Below the pieces are notes generated by a model that had not been told where the DNA came from, searched no databases, and saw only the letters and a list, made by a program, of their open reading frames with translations. From the sequence record MK250027.1: a DNA stretch of 64,000 nt. One strand, written 5' to 3'. The position numbers and the translations under genes were made by a program. Of the stretch, positions 44,434 to 54,827 are shown piece after piece. Within the stretch, counting starts at the first letter, position 1; each line of letters starts with the position of its first letter.

Positions 44434-45204
44434 CTTATTTAAAATACTTTGTATAATATCATAATTACCGATAAGATTACAATCATTTATATTATCAACA
44501 ATTTGTTTATCACCACAATTAATAAATTCAATATTATTAAATTCTTGTGAATTATCTATAAAAGTTATTGAACATGGAACATATTGTGAAATATTAAATG
44601 ATTTATTATAATTTTCAATTATAATTTTTTTAACATGGTTTTTAATACGATTTTTTAAGGGAATATACCATTTTTTATTATTTGGTATATCTTTTCTTAA
44701 ATTAATAAGCCATGTAGATGGCTCAATAATTGTCATTTTCCCATTATTATTTAATATATCTAATCCCTTATTAAAAAATTCTAAATGTAAATTTGTATTT
44801 CTATTTGGTCCAACATAAGGTGGATTCTGAATAATATAATCAAATTTAGGCATATTTTTTATATTTAATTTTATATAATTAAATATATTTTCTGCATCAT
44901 ATATATTTGTATATTTTAAATAATATATATTTTTACATATTTTACTATATTCTTTATATGTTTTTAGCACAAATATATTAAACATTTTATTAATTAAATT
45001 ATCAATATAATTATAATCAATATCATTAAATGTTAAAAATACAATTTTACCATTATTATCATATAAATATTTTTTTAATGTAATAGTTTGTTCAATAAAT
45101 TCAACAGAATCTATTGTTCCAAATAAATTATTAATTTTATGTAAAATACATAAACATGTTTTTACATTATTAAAATTTGATAATTCAGAAAATATTTTAA
45201 TCAT
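43858..45204 (-). CDS. Eco57I-like adenine methyltransferase catalytic/TRD subunit (448 aa)
   Basis: FDYIIQNPPY (motif IV), LEFF, GKMTIIEPSTW; no FxGxG motif I seen. Confidence 0.85.
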   Translation of the reverse strand: MIKIFSELSNFNNVKTCLCILHKINNLFGTIDSVEFIEQTITLKKYLYDNNGKIVFLTFNDIDYNYIDNLINKMFNIFVLKTYKEYSKICKNIYYLKYTNIYDAENIFNYIKLNIKNMPKFDYIIQNPPYVGPNRNTNLHLEFFNKGLDILNNNGKMTIIEPSTWLINLRKDIPNNKKWYIPLKNRIKNHVKKIIIENYNKSFNISQYVPCSITFIDNSQEFNNIEFINCGDKQIVDNINDCNLIGNYDIIQSILNKCKGYGDMMKDHIYREGITKTNNNTYYCKYPEILGGTGGSLCGIESSQVGGKFEAESNFCNHKYGSFITSYTSPCFHYYMNNINNIKPFKYDKGKHQTNKIADCLYGTKDELENWKYFVFNNKLPLFLNICLIINQNNVVKQYMPWIVNKQYTDSEIYKILNINNDEILFMDNIIKKFERNSNWFKRYICGK

Positions 45205-45215
45205 AGTTATATTAT

Positions 45216-45950
45216 TTATACTTTATATTTTATAATATTATCTATTGTTTGTTTAAATTCTTCCCAGAAATCATAATCATTTATATAATCATTTATAGTA
45301 TTTCCATCGATAATTATGAGGTTTTCATATAAAGAATTATTTTCAAATGCTCTTTTATATTCATTATAATAAGCGGATGTAAATAATATTAATGTTTTGT
45401 CTTTTGTATTTTCTGGTGTAATAGGTTTAATAAATCCATTTTTTGTACCTTGTGCTAATAATTTATCCATTATATCTGCATGAATATCAAATTTTTTGGA
45501 TGTTCTAAATTTTACTTGTATTACTCCATTTTTATTTTCTCCTAAACCTCTTCTATTTAATAAACATACAGCATCTACTCCATAATCTTTATAACTTTCT
45601 GGTGGTAAACATATATATTTAAATATATATGTTTCTACAGTATCTTTATCTTTTACGTGAATACTTATACTTTTAAAATAATTTAAAAATATAATACAGA
45701 ATAATTCAAAAATATATCCTTTAAATTGTTCTTGCTCATCAATTATATTATTTTTTATTAATATATTATTTGTATATTCTGTAAAATCATCTATTGTATT
45801 AAATGATGTTATATCAGATAAATATTTTATATTTAATATTATATTTAATATTTTTCGAGGTATACTTGTACTTTTATTTCTATACGTACTTTTATCTCTC
45901 CATCTTTTCAAAAAATTATCAAATGCATATAATTCTTTAATATTAATCAT
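45216..45950 (-). CDS. Mrr-like PD-(D/E)XK endonuclease (244 aa)
   Basis: KGYIFELF...DYGVD...IQVKFR. Confidence 0.7.
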   Translation of the reverse strand: MINIKELYAFDNFLKRWRDKSTYRNKSTSIPRKILNIILNIKYLSDITSFNTIDDFTEYTNNILIKNNIIDEQEQFKGYIFELFCIIFLNYFKSISIHVKDKDTVETYIFKYICLPPESYKDYGVDAVCLLNRRGLGENKNGVIQVKFRTSKKFDIHADIMDKLLAQGTKNGFIKPITPENTKDKTLILFTSAYYNEYKRAFENNSLYENLIIIDGNTINDYINDYDFWEEFKQTIDNIIKYKV

Positions 45951-47608
45951 ATATCTATATTATTCTGTTTAAGAACTTCTTTAATTACATTAAGTCTATC
46001 TGTTTCATTAAATAAATTTAATGTATTTATATTTGTTGATAAAGTAGCAAAATTACACATTTTATATATACTATTTAAATTTATATATCCACCATTTATT
46101 TTTAATTCTTTAACAACAGGAATAATTCTATTTTTAAGTTCTTCTTGCAAATTTAGTTTTAATTCATCTATACGTTGTTTAATTTCTATGATTGGCGATT
46201 TTTCCTTATAATCTGTTGTATTATAATTATCATATCGTTTTAATGGATTTTTTGGATGTGAAATATTATCAGATATATTATCATATAAAATATTATCTAT
46301 ACCATAATATTCAACAATTGTACTTGATATATTTTTATTATATTCATCATTACCATTAGATACTATATATACATTAGCGAATTTTTTAATTCTATCATTA
46401 TATGATTTCCCTCTTTCTCCTGAGTTTGTTCTCAAGCAACGACCAATTATTTGTATAATTCTATTTTTTGAATCGCTATCACCATTTGTATTATTGACTA
46501 TAATGCAATCAGATATTGATTTAATATCAATCCCTTGAATAAGTTTTCGACAATGAAATATTATACAATTATCATTATATGAATCTACTTTATTACAAAA
46601 ATCATTAATTTCGTAATCATCATCAGATGTATTTTTAAAACATTTATAATATTTTGAACATTTATTGTATAATTCTGTTGCTTGCTGTCTACTAAAACAT
46701 GTAACTAATAATTTATTATTTTTTGTATTTTTTGATTTAATAGCATCATTCATACAGGCAATTATAATTTTATCAGTAATAATACCATTTGAAGTGATAT
46801 TAAATTTTACATATGGTTTTATTATAATATTATCTTTAATTGCATTATCTGCAGATATATTTACAATACGTTCATCTTCTGGAACGTTTATTTTACCTGA
46901 TAATTTATTTTTATTTATAATATTATTAAATAGTTTTACAAAAATACTTGGTGTTGCAGAAAAACCATATAATTTATAACTATTTTTTACTAATTTATCA
47001 AAATTTATATTATTTGAAAATAAATTTGTAGTATTATCTATTACAGTATGACATTCATCAATATATGTAATTAAATCTACTTTCTTTTTATTAATTTTTA
47101 CATTATCAATAAATTTATATAATGATTTATTACATGATGAAACTAAAGCAATATCATAATCGCTATTTTCAAAATTATCTAATACAGTCTTAGACGATTT
47201 TGAATTATTATATAATTGATAAATTTCTATATTATTATTAATATTATCATTTACAGGTTTTTCATATATTCTTGTTTCATCTGATGAATTTAATATTAAT
47301 AATAATTTATAATTATTTAATACATTATTACATTTTCCTAATACATTTAAAAAATCAGTAAATGTTTGGACATTTAAATTTAATATGTGTGAACATATAC
47401 AAATAATAAGTTTCTTGGATGCCTTTTTATTTTGTATATTGTATATACAATCATCAAATATATATCCAGATTTCCCATATCCAGTAGGCATAACAACTGT
47501 ACCAAAATTCCTACCAGTAGATGCAATAATATCAATTTTTCTTAATCCATTATTAAATGAATCTATATACCATTGCATTTTATTGTCTATATTATTTGTT
47601 GTATTCAT
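45947..47608 (-). CDS. superfamily 2 helicase/translocase, ResIII-like (553 aa)
   Basis: MPTGYGKS, IDECH, SATP, LIQGIDI, QIIGRCLR. Confidence 0.88.
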   Translation of the reverse strand: MNTTNNIDNKMQWYIDSFNNGLRKIDIIASTGRNFGTVVMPTGYGKSGYIFDDCIYNIQNKKASKKLIICICSHILNLNVQTFTDFLNVLGKCNNVLNNYKLLLILNSSDETRIYEKPVNDNINNNIEIYQLYNNSKSSKTVLDNFENSDYDIALVSSCNKSLYKFIDNVKINKKKVDLITYIDECHTVIDNTTNLFSNNINFDKLVKNSYKLYGFSATPSIFVKLFNNIINKNKLSGKINVPEDERIVNISADNAIKDNIIIKPYVKFNITSNGIITDKIIIACMNDAIKSKNTKNNKLLVTCFSRQQATELYNKCSKYYKCFKNTSDDDYEINDFCNKVDSYNDNCIIFHCRKLIQGIDIKSISDCIIVNNTNGDSDSKNRIIQIIGRCLRTNSGERGKSYNDRIKKFANVYIVSNGNDEYNKNISSTIVEYYGIDNILYDNISDNISHPKNPLKRYDNYNTTDYKEKSPIIEIKQRIDELKLNLQEELKNRIIPVVKELKINGGYINLNSIYKMCNFATLSTNINTLNLFNETDRLNVIKEVLKQNNIDI

Positions 47609-47651
47609 AATCCTTTATATTTAATTGTTTATTATTCATTTATTAATAATG

Positions 47652-47660
47652 CAAAGATAC
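47652..47660 (-). promoter_or_regulatory. GTATCTTTG promoter of the R-M-like operon
   Basis: TAnnTTTG match upstream of the helicase. Confidence 0.7.
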
Positions 47661-47680
47661 ATATTATTTTCTAAAATAAA

Positions 47681-47710
47681 AAATGATAGATTAGAAAATC
47701 TATCATTTTA
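47681..47710 (-). terminator. intrinsic terminator
   Basis: AAAATGATAGATT / AATCTATCATTTT. Confidence 0.7.
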
Positions 47711-47717
47711 ATATTAT

Positions 47718-48185
47718 TTAAGAAAGAAATACTTTATAAATATCTTTCGCTAATTTATTTCTATCTTCTTCATTATTAATAAAGTTAGTCATGATATAAT
47801 CTATCAATCCTTCATAACTATGAAAATTAACACTTCTAATTCTCATAATTTCTTTTACTTGCTCTTCATTCAGATATTCATCCATAATCCAATCAAACAA
47901 TGCTGGTATATCATCAGGTTTCATAAAATTAATAATGATATTAAAATAACTCGCATCTAACTCAATAGCTCGGTTACAAAATGAACTGTACTTACCGTAA
48001 TTTCCATTTTTGAAATCTTCTTCACTCAACGGGCCTTCTCCGGTAAGTCTTCTGGAAACTACATATCGCCTAATTGCCTTGTTCATATCCTTTATAGACT
48101 TATTCATTCTCAAACCATCATCATTCTTATCGATGAGTTTCTGAACTCTATCAAAATCTTTTTTCTCTACATTAGTGTAAATCAT
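47718..48185 (-). CDS. hypothetical protein (155 aa), distant relative of the 9252/39832 N-terminal domain
   Basis: KAIRRYVV...FCNRAIELDAS compared with LLNRYVAA...FGHRILDLGGT. Confidence 0.7.
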   Translation of the reverse strand: MIYTNVEKKDFDRVQKLIDKNDDGLRMNKSIKDMNKAIRRYVVSRRLTGEGPLSEEDFKNGNYGKYSSFCNRAIELDASYFNIIINFMKPDDIPALFDWIMDEYLNEEQVKEIMRIRSVNFHSYEGLIDYIMTNFINNEEDRNKLAKDIYKVFLS

Positions 48186-48351
48186 AAACTAATCAATATT
48201 TAATAAATTAAACAAAAAAGAATTAGCGTATAAACATTCCTATTATTTATTAATGAAAAAAACGTTATATCACTAATTATACATTATCTTATATTATGTA
48301 ATAATTAAAAAGTTCAATATATAAATAAAGAAAATATTATTATTTTTAATA

Positions 48352-49287
48352 ATGATAAAAAAGAAATATCCTAATTTACATGGTGCATGTATAGACAATT
48401 TTCATAAATTATATTCTGCTGATTTATATGAATAGTATGGTATATTAAATTATAATGATTAGTCATTTCGTTTAAAAATTGAAACAATAGCAACCGGAAT
48501 ATATGATATGATAAAGACTGAAAAACAACCGTATTATAAAGAATTTTATGTAAAAAACGTATTTAATTTTATATGGAAATTAAATATTGTAGTTGATTCC
48601 ACATTTAATTTTACATCGGTATTTACACCTGAAGTTGAATTTAAATATAATTATTAGAATCATATAGTTGAACACGCAGTGATATTTATAAATCCGTTAA
48701 AATTTACTAATATAGATTCTATTGTACCAGCAATATATCATGAGATAAAACATATATTTGATCACACAATTAAAATTACAAATGATATACAATAGAAAGA
48801 AGTATTATTTAGAGATTATTTAATACAAACATATGAATTATAGGATGAACCAGAAATAAGTTTTACAACATATAATAAAAATCTTATACAAAATAATGAA
48901 ACGCCAATTATGTATTATTTAAGTTCATTTATAGATTATGTTGCATATTCAGAATATACGGCATATTTAGAAAATATAGATGATAGTTATAAACATGATT
49001 TAAACAATATAAGAAGAATAAAATTTTTAAAAAGTAAGTATACATATACACAAATTAAAAAATTTATATATTTAAATATACAATCTGGTAATTTTTTATT
49101 AATATATTATAATATTGAAAAATATATTAATGATATATTAATGATGAATAATTTAAATATAATAAATCAGAAATATAAATAGAATTTTAATGATATATAC
49201 GGTGTTAATACTATACAACAAGTATTGAAGATTTATTTAAAAAGAATACAAAAAGTAAAAATACGTGCAAAAAAAACTATTTTATAA
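48352..49287 (+). CDS. TAG-recoded zincin-like metallopeptidase (311 aa, 6 TAG)
   Basis: HEIKH (HExxH), downstream SEYTAYLE; extends track ORF 48910. Confidence 0.7.
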
Positions 49288-49352
49288 TAGATATAATAAT
49301 TCAAAATTTGAGCGTATGATAAATGAAAAAGGTTGAATATTAAGAGTAATAT

Positions 49353-51296
49353 TCAACCTTTAATATTTTGTATAATCTTATCCCGTTCTTCTTTCGTTAT
49401 TATAACAACATATTCTTTATTGGAACCAAAATGAGATCTGTTTGTCAACGTTTCTTTTATATATGGCACATATTTTGTAATCAAATCATCTGTCACAAAC
49501 AAATATTTCTGACAATCATAATTCTTAAGACAAATATCTATCCATCTGTCACATCCTCTGTTAACAGACTCTACTCCAGGCCAATTTTCAATATTTCCAT
49601 ATGGCGAACATGTCAACAAACATTGGTATTTACCAGTATTCTTACAACAATCTGCAATTCCTAAATCACATGTAACATTAACTAATAAATCAGAATCAAT
49701 TATAGGTTTCAAAAACTTATATATCTCCTTACTTTCCTTAACACTTGATTCACATAAATCTCTACCTATATATGATTTATTACATGCCAATGTTCCTATC
49801 ATTCTTCCACTATATCCCGAGAACGGATCAAATATTGTATCAAATTCATTAAGATATTTCTTTATAAGATATTTTGCTAAATCCGGTTTGAAATATGTAA
49901 CAGTCTGAAACATCCTAGATGCATTCAATCCAATTCCATATATAAAATCAGGAACATAACATAAATCAATATATTTCCTATGTTCTTCTGATTTATACCA
50001 ATCAGCAAATTTCAATCTATTACATAATAACTTCCTGAATAATTCCTTATCATTTTTAATCATATTCCATCCATCAAAAGGTGAAACACTATTTTCAATA
50101 TGTGCATATATAATAGACTTATGAAACATCTTAATAATCTTGGATGGTGTCTTCAAATTCCTATCCTTTGATTTTATATATTCAAATTCCTTGATACAAT
50201 CTAATTCTGTAACAGGATGAACAGTAGAAGGTGGGAAATATATATTCTGAATTTTTTCAAACTCTCTATCTAAATACTTATCGACAATCTCATTAACATG
50301 TGCGGATGTAGCATTAGCGCTCTTACACATATTTTCTTCTGTCTCTTCTTCACCGTTAATCAATACAGGTTTGTATTTAGGCTTACTTAATAAATCAGAT
50401 ATAGGTGTATTCTTATCAACTATTTTTTCTTTTTTCTTTTCTGATTTAATATCTAAACTATTTGTCTCAGTCTTAATAGGAAATACATCATTGATACTTG
50501 ATGTTTTTTTCGTTTCCTTATCCTTATTATGAATTGATTTCTTTAATTTCTCCTGCTTTTCTTTTTCTATATCAATCTTATCTTGTTTCTCAATAATCTC
50601 ATTTATATTATCATCAACAGTATACTTAATCAATAGTGTCGGAATATATTTAAATCTTGGAGCCTTACTGGAACAACTTGTTGAACAATATTTAGTATAC
50701 AACTTTGTATTCTTACCAACCCAAATAACAGGTTTTCCACATACGGGACATGTAGGTTTTTCTTCTACGCCTTTCCTTATTCGTTGAACAGTTTCCAATA
50801 TAGATGCAGAATCTTTATATCTATTATTAAGATAATCCAATATGTACTTATTAGTAATCAATGGAACATATTTATCATATATGATATGATTCTTAATAAT
50901 ATAATCATTCATTTCATCTAATTCAGTAATTGAATTCTGCCAATCTACGAATTTTGAATCCCTGTGTTTAGCAATCTCAAAACTATCCTTGTATTTTTCA
51001 CGAGTCATAGAAGCATGCATCGCTTTACATATATAAGATCCACATGTAGTTTTGTATCCGTTTCCTATACGTCCACTCCATTCTGCTTTCTTACTGCAAT
51101 ACTTACATGTTACTATCTCATGCAAATCATGAATAACATAATAAAGTCTCTCTAATATATCTTCATCATTCTTTAAAAAATCTGTAAACTCATATACTTC
51201 TTTATTAATATCTTCATGATTTCTAACTATATATATTAATTGTCTTAAACTTATTTCATTATTATTATATTGCTTTATATAATCATTTAATTGCAT
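49353..51296 (-). CDS. Zn-module repeat protein fused to a C-terminal SAM-dependent DNA methyltransferase-like domain (647 aa)
   Basis: Two CxxC...C...C modules; IFDPFSGYSGRMIG (motif I-like), YIGRDL, LLTCSPY (SPPY-like). Confidence 0.7.
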   Translation of the reverse strand: MQLNDYIKQYNNNEISLRQLIYIVRNHEDINKEVYEFTDFLKNDEDILERLYYVIHDLHEIVTCKYCSKKAEWSGRIGNGYKTTCGSYICKAMHASMTREKYKDSFEIAKHRDSKFVDWQNSITELDEMNDYIIKNHIIYDKYVPLITNKYILDYLNNRYKDSASILETVQRIRKGVEEKPTCPVCGKPVIWVGKNTKLYTKYCSTSCSSKAPRFKYIPTLLIKYTVDDNINEIIEKQDKIDIEKEKQEKLKKSIHNKDKETKKTSSINDVFPIKTETNSLDIKSEKKKEKIVDKNTPISDLLSKPKYKPVLINGEEETEENMCKSANATSAHVNEIVDKYLDREFEKIQNIYFPPSTVHPVTELDCIKEFEYIKSKDRNLKTPSKIIKMFHKSIIYAHIENSVSPFDGWNMIKNDKELFRKLLCNRLKFADWYKSEEHRKYIDLCYVPDFIYGIGLNASRMFQTVTYFKPDLAKYLIKKYLNEFDTIFDPFSGYSGRMIGTLACNKSYIGRDLCESSVKESKEIYKFLKPIIDSDLLVNVTCDLGIADCCKNTGKYQCLLTCSPYGNIENWPGVESVNRGCDRWIDICLKNYDCQKYLFVTDDLITKYVPYIKETLTNRSHFGSNKEYVVIITKEERDKIIQNIKG

Positions 51297-51425
51297 AACT
51301 ATACTTGCTGTTTAATTTCTTACCTTATATTTATAGTTAAAAAATACCTATTTGTTTTTAAAAAATAAACATAAACTTCGAGTATTCTTTTATATATAAA
51401 TAATGTGAAATATACTTAAAAATTT

Positions 51426-53081
51426 ATGAACACTATTCAAGAAATATTTACCAATGATATAATAAAAGGATTAAAAGAAACTTATATAATAGATAATGAA
51501 ATAAAATCAAAATCATTAATTAAAAAATCTGTATTTAATAAATTTCCTGAATTTTATAATGTATATAAACAACATTTTTCTGAAGATGAATTCAGAGAAA
51601 TACTTTATTGTATATTAAAAGATATTCCTACTATACCTAAATGTAAAAATCCTAATTGTAACAATAACACGAAATTACGGAATTTCAAAATAGGATTTCA
51701 ACAATGTTGTTGTAAAGAATGTACAGCAGAATATCAACATTTGTCTAATGAGCATGCTGATAAATGTAAACAAGGTGCATTGAAACATTATGTCAATATA
51801 CATAAAGTAGATTCATATACAGAAAATATGAACTGTGATTATTCAAAACCAAATTATTATATATTCAATAATTATTGTATTCATGGTAATATACCGGTTT
51901 ATAAAACTACGGCAAATAAAATACATGAATATAATAACGGAACATTCTGTATTCAATGTAACAAAAACATAATAGATACATATATACCTACAGAAAAAGA
52001 AATAAATGAATTCCAAAAGATATTTCCTGAGTTTTATAAGAAATATTCACATAATATGAAATATAAATGGTGGTTAACTTATTTTCCTAAATATTATAAA
52101 ATTCTAATAACTTATTTTGAAAAATATGTAGAACCAGTTAATGATAATATAGTTATGAAAGAAGTATATTATCAATTTCTTCATGATTTAAAAGGAAGAC
52201 CACATTGTTGTATATGTGATACTAAAGTTTCATTTTCACCAACAGCAAATGAATATAGAAAATTCTGTGATAAACACTTATATGGATTTAATAAATCATC
52301 TCAAGAAATAGAATTAGGAAAATTTATTGATTCATTAAATTTAAATGTAATTAAAAATACACAAGATATTATTAAAGGTGAATTGGATTTTTATTTTCCT
52401 AATAATAATGTTGCTATAGAATATAATGGCTGTTGGTGGCATTCCGATAAATTTAAAACAAAAAATTACCATTATAATAAATGGAAACAATGTAAAGATA
52501 AAGGAATTCAATTAATATTCATATGGGAAGATGATCTCTTATATAAAAGAGATATAGTATATTCACTTATTAAATCAAAATTAGGAATATATAATATCAG
52601 AATATATGCAAGGAAAACAATAATTAAAGAAGTTCCTTATAATATAGCAAAAGAATTTATAAATAAAAATCACCTTCAAGGATATTCGATAGATAAAATA
52701 CGATTAGGACTTTATTATAATGATGAATTAATTTCAATAATGACATTTGGTAAATCCAGATTCAAATCTGATAATGATGATATAGAGATAATAAGATTTT
52801 GTAATAAACTTAATTATCAAATAATTGGAGGCGCCAGTAAATTATTTTCACATTTTAAAAAACATTATGATTATAAAAATATTATCAGTTATGCAGAATG
52901 TGATATATCAAACGGTAAACTTTATGAGAATCTTGGAATGACTTATATAAGCAGAAGTGATAATTGGAAATGGATGTATAAAGGAATAAGATATAATAGA
53001 TTAAATAAAATTAAAGATTCTGAACATAAACAAGATTTAGTTAAATGTTATAGTGCAGGAATTTTAAAATATAAATTATAA
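51426..53081 (+). CDS. homing-endonuclease-like protein (551 aa): Zn modules + DUF559/Vsr-like nuclease + Hef-like C-terminus
   Basis: ELDFYFPNNNVAIEYNGCWWHS, IFIWEDD, RIYARK, HLQG, RFCNKLN, GGASKL. Confidence 0.75.
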   Translation: MNTIQEIFTNDIIKGLKETYIIDNEIKSKSLIKKSVFNKFPEFYNVYKQHFSEDEFREILYCILKDIPTIPKCKNPNCNNNTKLRNFKIGFQQCCCKECTAEYQHLSNEHADKCKQGALKHYVNIHKVDSYTENMNCDYSKPNYYIFNNYCIHGNIPVYKTTANKIHEYNNGTFCIQCNKNIIDTYIPTEKEINEFQKIFPEFYKKYSHNMKYKWWLTYFPKYYKILITYFEKYVEPVNDNIVMKEVYYQFLHDLKGRPHCCICDTKVSFSPTANEYRKFCDKHLYGFNKSSQEIELGKFIDSLNLNVIKNTQDIIKGELDFYFPNNNVAIEYNGCWWHSDKFKTKNYHYNKWKQCKDKGIQLIFIWEDDLLYKRDIVYSLIKSKLGIYNIRIYARKTIIKEVPYNIAKEFINKNHLQGYSIDKIRLGLYYNDELISIMTFGKSRFKSDNDDIEIIRFCNKLNYQIIGGASKLFSHFKKHYDYKNIISYAECDISNGKLYENLGMTYISRSDNWKWMYKGIRYNRLNKIKDSEHKQDLVKCYSAGILKYKL

Positions 53082-53083
53082 TT

Positions 53084-54781
53084 ATGGAATTAAATTTAGA
53101 TGAATATAGAAAAGATTTCAATATAAAAAGATTTAATAATTTATTACGATACCATGAAGATTTATTAGATACATTAAAAAAGAAAACATCATTTTTAGAT
53201 GAACATAATCCGGAGAAATCTGAACGTGTATATTGTTGGTATAATAATATAACAGAAATTCAAAAATGTCCTCATTGTGGTAAATCTAGAAAATTCCATA
53301 AATTTCCTGTTGGTTATTTTCCTACATGTGGTACAAAGGAATGTAGAGCAAAATCAGTTGCATATGGAAATAAATATCACCATGACTTTAAAGAAATTCA
53401 GAAAAAGATGAGAGAAACATATGCGAAAAATCATAATGGAATTACACATAATATGCAAGATCCTGAATTTAAGAAAAAATTCTTTGAAGATTTTAAGAAG
53501 AAACATAATGGTGCATCATGTGGTGTTCAAACAGAATTAGCAAATAAGAATAGAGAAAAATCAACATTAGAAAAATATGGTGTTAAATGTGCATTAGAAT
53601 CAAAGGAAGTTCGTAATAAAATATATGAAAAATATGGGAATAATGCACATAAAGTAATTACTGATAAATCAGCAAAAGCTAGAAAAATAAATTCATTAAA
53701 TGATATTATTAAAAAAATATCAGAAATGAATTATACATATATTTCTAATAATAATGATACATTTCAAATTAAATGTAATAAATGTGGTCATATAAATGAA
53801 ATTAATAGACAAGCAATAAATTATTATTACAGAAATATAAAGCATATATATTGCAATAAATGTGAATATAAAGAATTAATGTTTAGGAGTAATTTTGAAA
53901 AAGATGTTGTAAATGAAATTGGTAAATTAATAAAAGATACAAAATATTCTATATTAACTAATAAACATATTTATAATGGTAAGGAACATTATGAAGTAGA
54001 TATATTAATTCCTGAATTAAATTTAGCAATAGATTGTAATGGTTTATATTGGCATTCTGAATTACAAAAATCAGATAATTATTATCATTATAAAAAGAAA
54101 GAATTTATAGAAAAATTAGGTTATTCTTTAATTTNNNNNNNNNNNNNNNNNNNNNATGATATTAATAAGAAAGAAATTATATTAAGTCGTTTATCTAGTA
54201 AATTAAAATTAAATAAACATGTATATGCAAGAAAATGTATAATTAAAGAATTAACTCCTAAATTATATAGAGATTTTTGTAATGAAAATCATTTACATGG
54301 ATCTGTTAATGCATCTATAAAAGTTGGATTATATTATAATAATGAATTAGTTGAAGTAATAGGATTAGGTAAATCTCGAAACTTAATAGGACATAATAAA
54401 GACACTGTTTCATATGAGCTATTACGTTTATGTACAAAAAAATATATTAATGTTATTGGTGGTTTTTCTAAATTAATGAAATATATTATTACTAATTTTA
54501 ATATATCATCTATATATAGTTATGCTGATTTATCATGGATTGATTTAAAAGGATCATCATATATTAATAGTGGATTTATTATAGATAAAATAATAGATAA
54601 TGAATATTGGTGGGTAGTTAATAATATAAGAGAAAATCGTTTGAATTATACTAAAAATAAATTAGTATCATTAGGATATGATAAGAATTTAACAGAAATA
54701 GAAATTATGCATTCATTAAAACATTATAGAGTATTCGGCCCTGGTAATTTAAAATTTATATATAAAAAGAAAAGTCTCTAA
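53084..54781 (+). CDS. homing-endonuclease-like protein (565 aa), paralog of 51426; spans a 21-N gap (54135-54155)
   Basis: EVDILIPELNLAIDCNGLYWHS, HVYARK, HLHG, LRLCTK, GGFSKL. Confidence 0.72.
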   Translation: MELNLDEYRKDFNIKRFNNLLRYHEDLLDTLKKKTSFLDEHNPEKSERVYCWYNNITEIQKCPHCGKSRKFHKFPVGYFPTCGTKECRAKSVAYGNKYHHDFKEIQKKMRETYAKNHNGITHNMQDPEFKKKFFEDFKKKHNGASCGVQTELANKNREKSTLEKYGVKCALESKEVRNKIYEKYGNNAHKVITDKSAKARKINSLNDIIKKISEMNYTYISNNNDTFQIKCNKCGHINEINRQAINYYYRNIKHIYCNKCEYKELMFRSNFEKDVVNEIGKLIKDTKYSILTNKHIYNGKEHYEVDILIPELNLAIDCNGLYWHSELQKSDNYYHYKKKEFIEKLGYSLIXXXXXXXXDINKKEIILSRLSSKLKLNKHVYARKCIIKELTPKLYRDFCNENHLHGSVNASIKVGLYYNNELVEVIGLGKSRNLIGHNKDTVSYELLRLCTKKYINVIGGFSKLMKYIITNFNISSIYSYADLSWIDLKGSSYINSGFIIDKIIDNEYWWVVNNIRENRLNYTKNKLVSLGYDKNLTEIEIMHSLKHYRVFGPGNLKFIYKKKSL

Positions 54782-54803
54782 GAAATTAATCTTAGAGACT
54801 TTA
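54772..54803. terminator. bidirectional terminator
   Basis: AAAGTCTCTAAGA / TCTTAGAGACTTT. Confidence 0.8.
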
Positions 54804-54827
54804 TTATATAATTGTTTGATAAAATTA

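Noticed and set aside
43339-45204. Diversity-generating retroelement TR/VR pair
   Set aside because: Copies are inverted, differences are not adenine-specific, and no reverse transcriptase is present.
54135-54155. N run as a biological feature
   Set aside because: Assembly gap.
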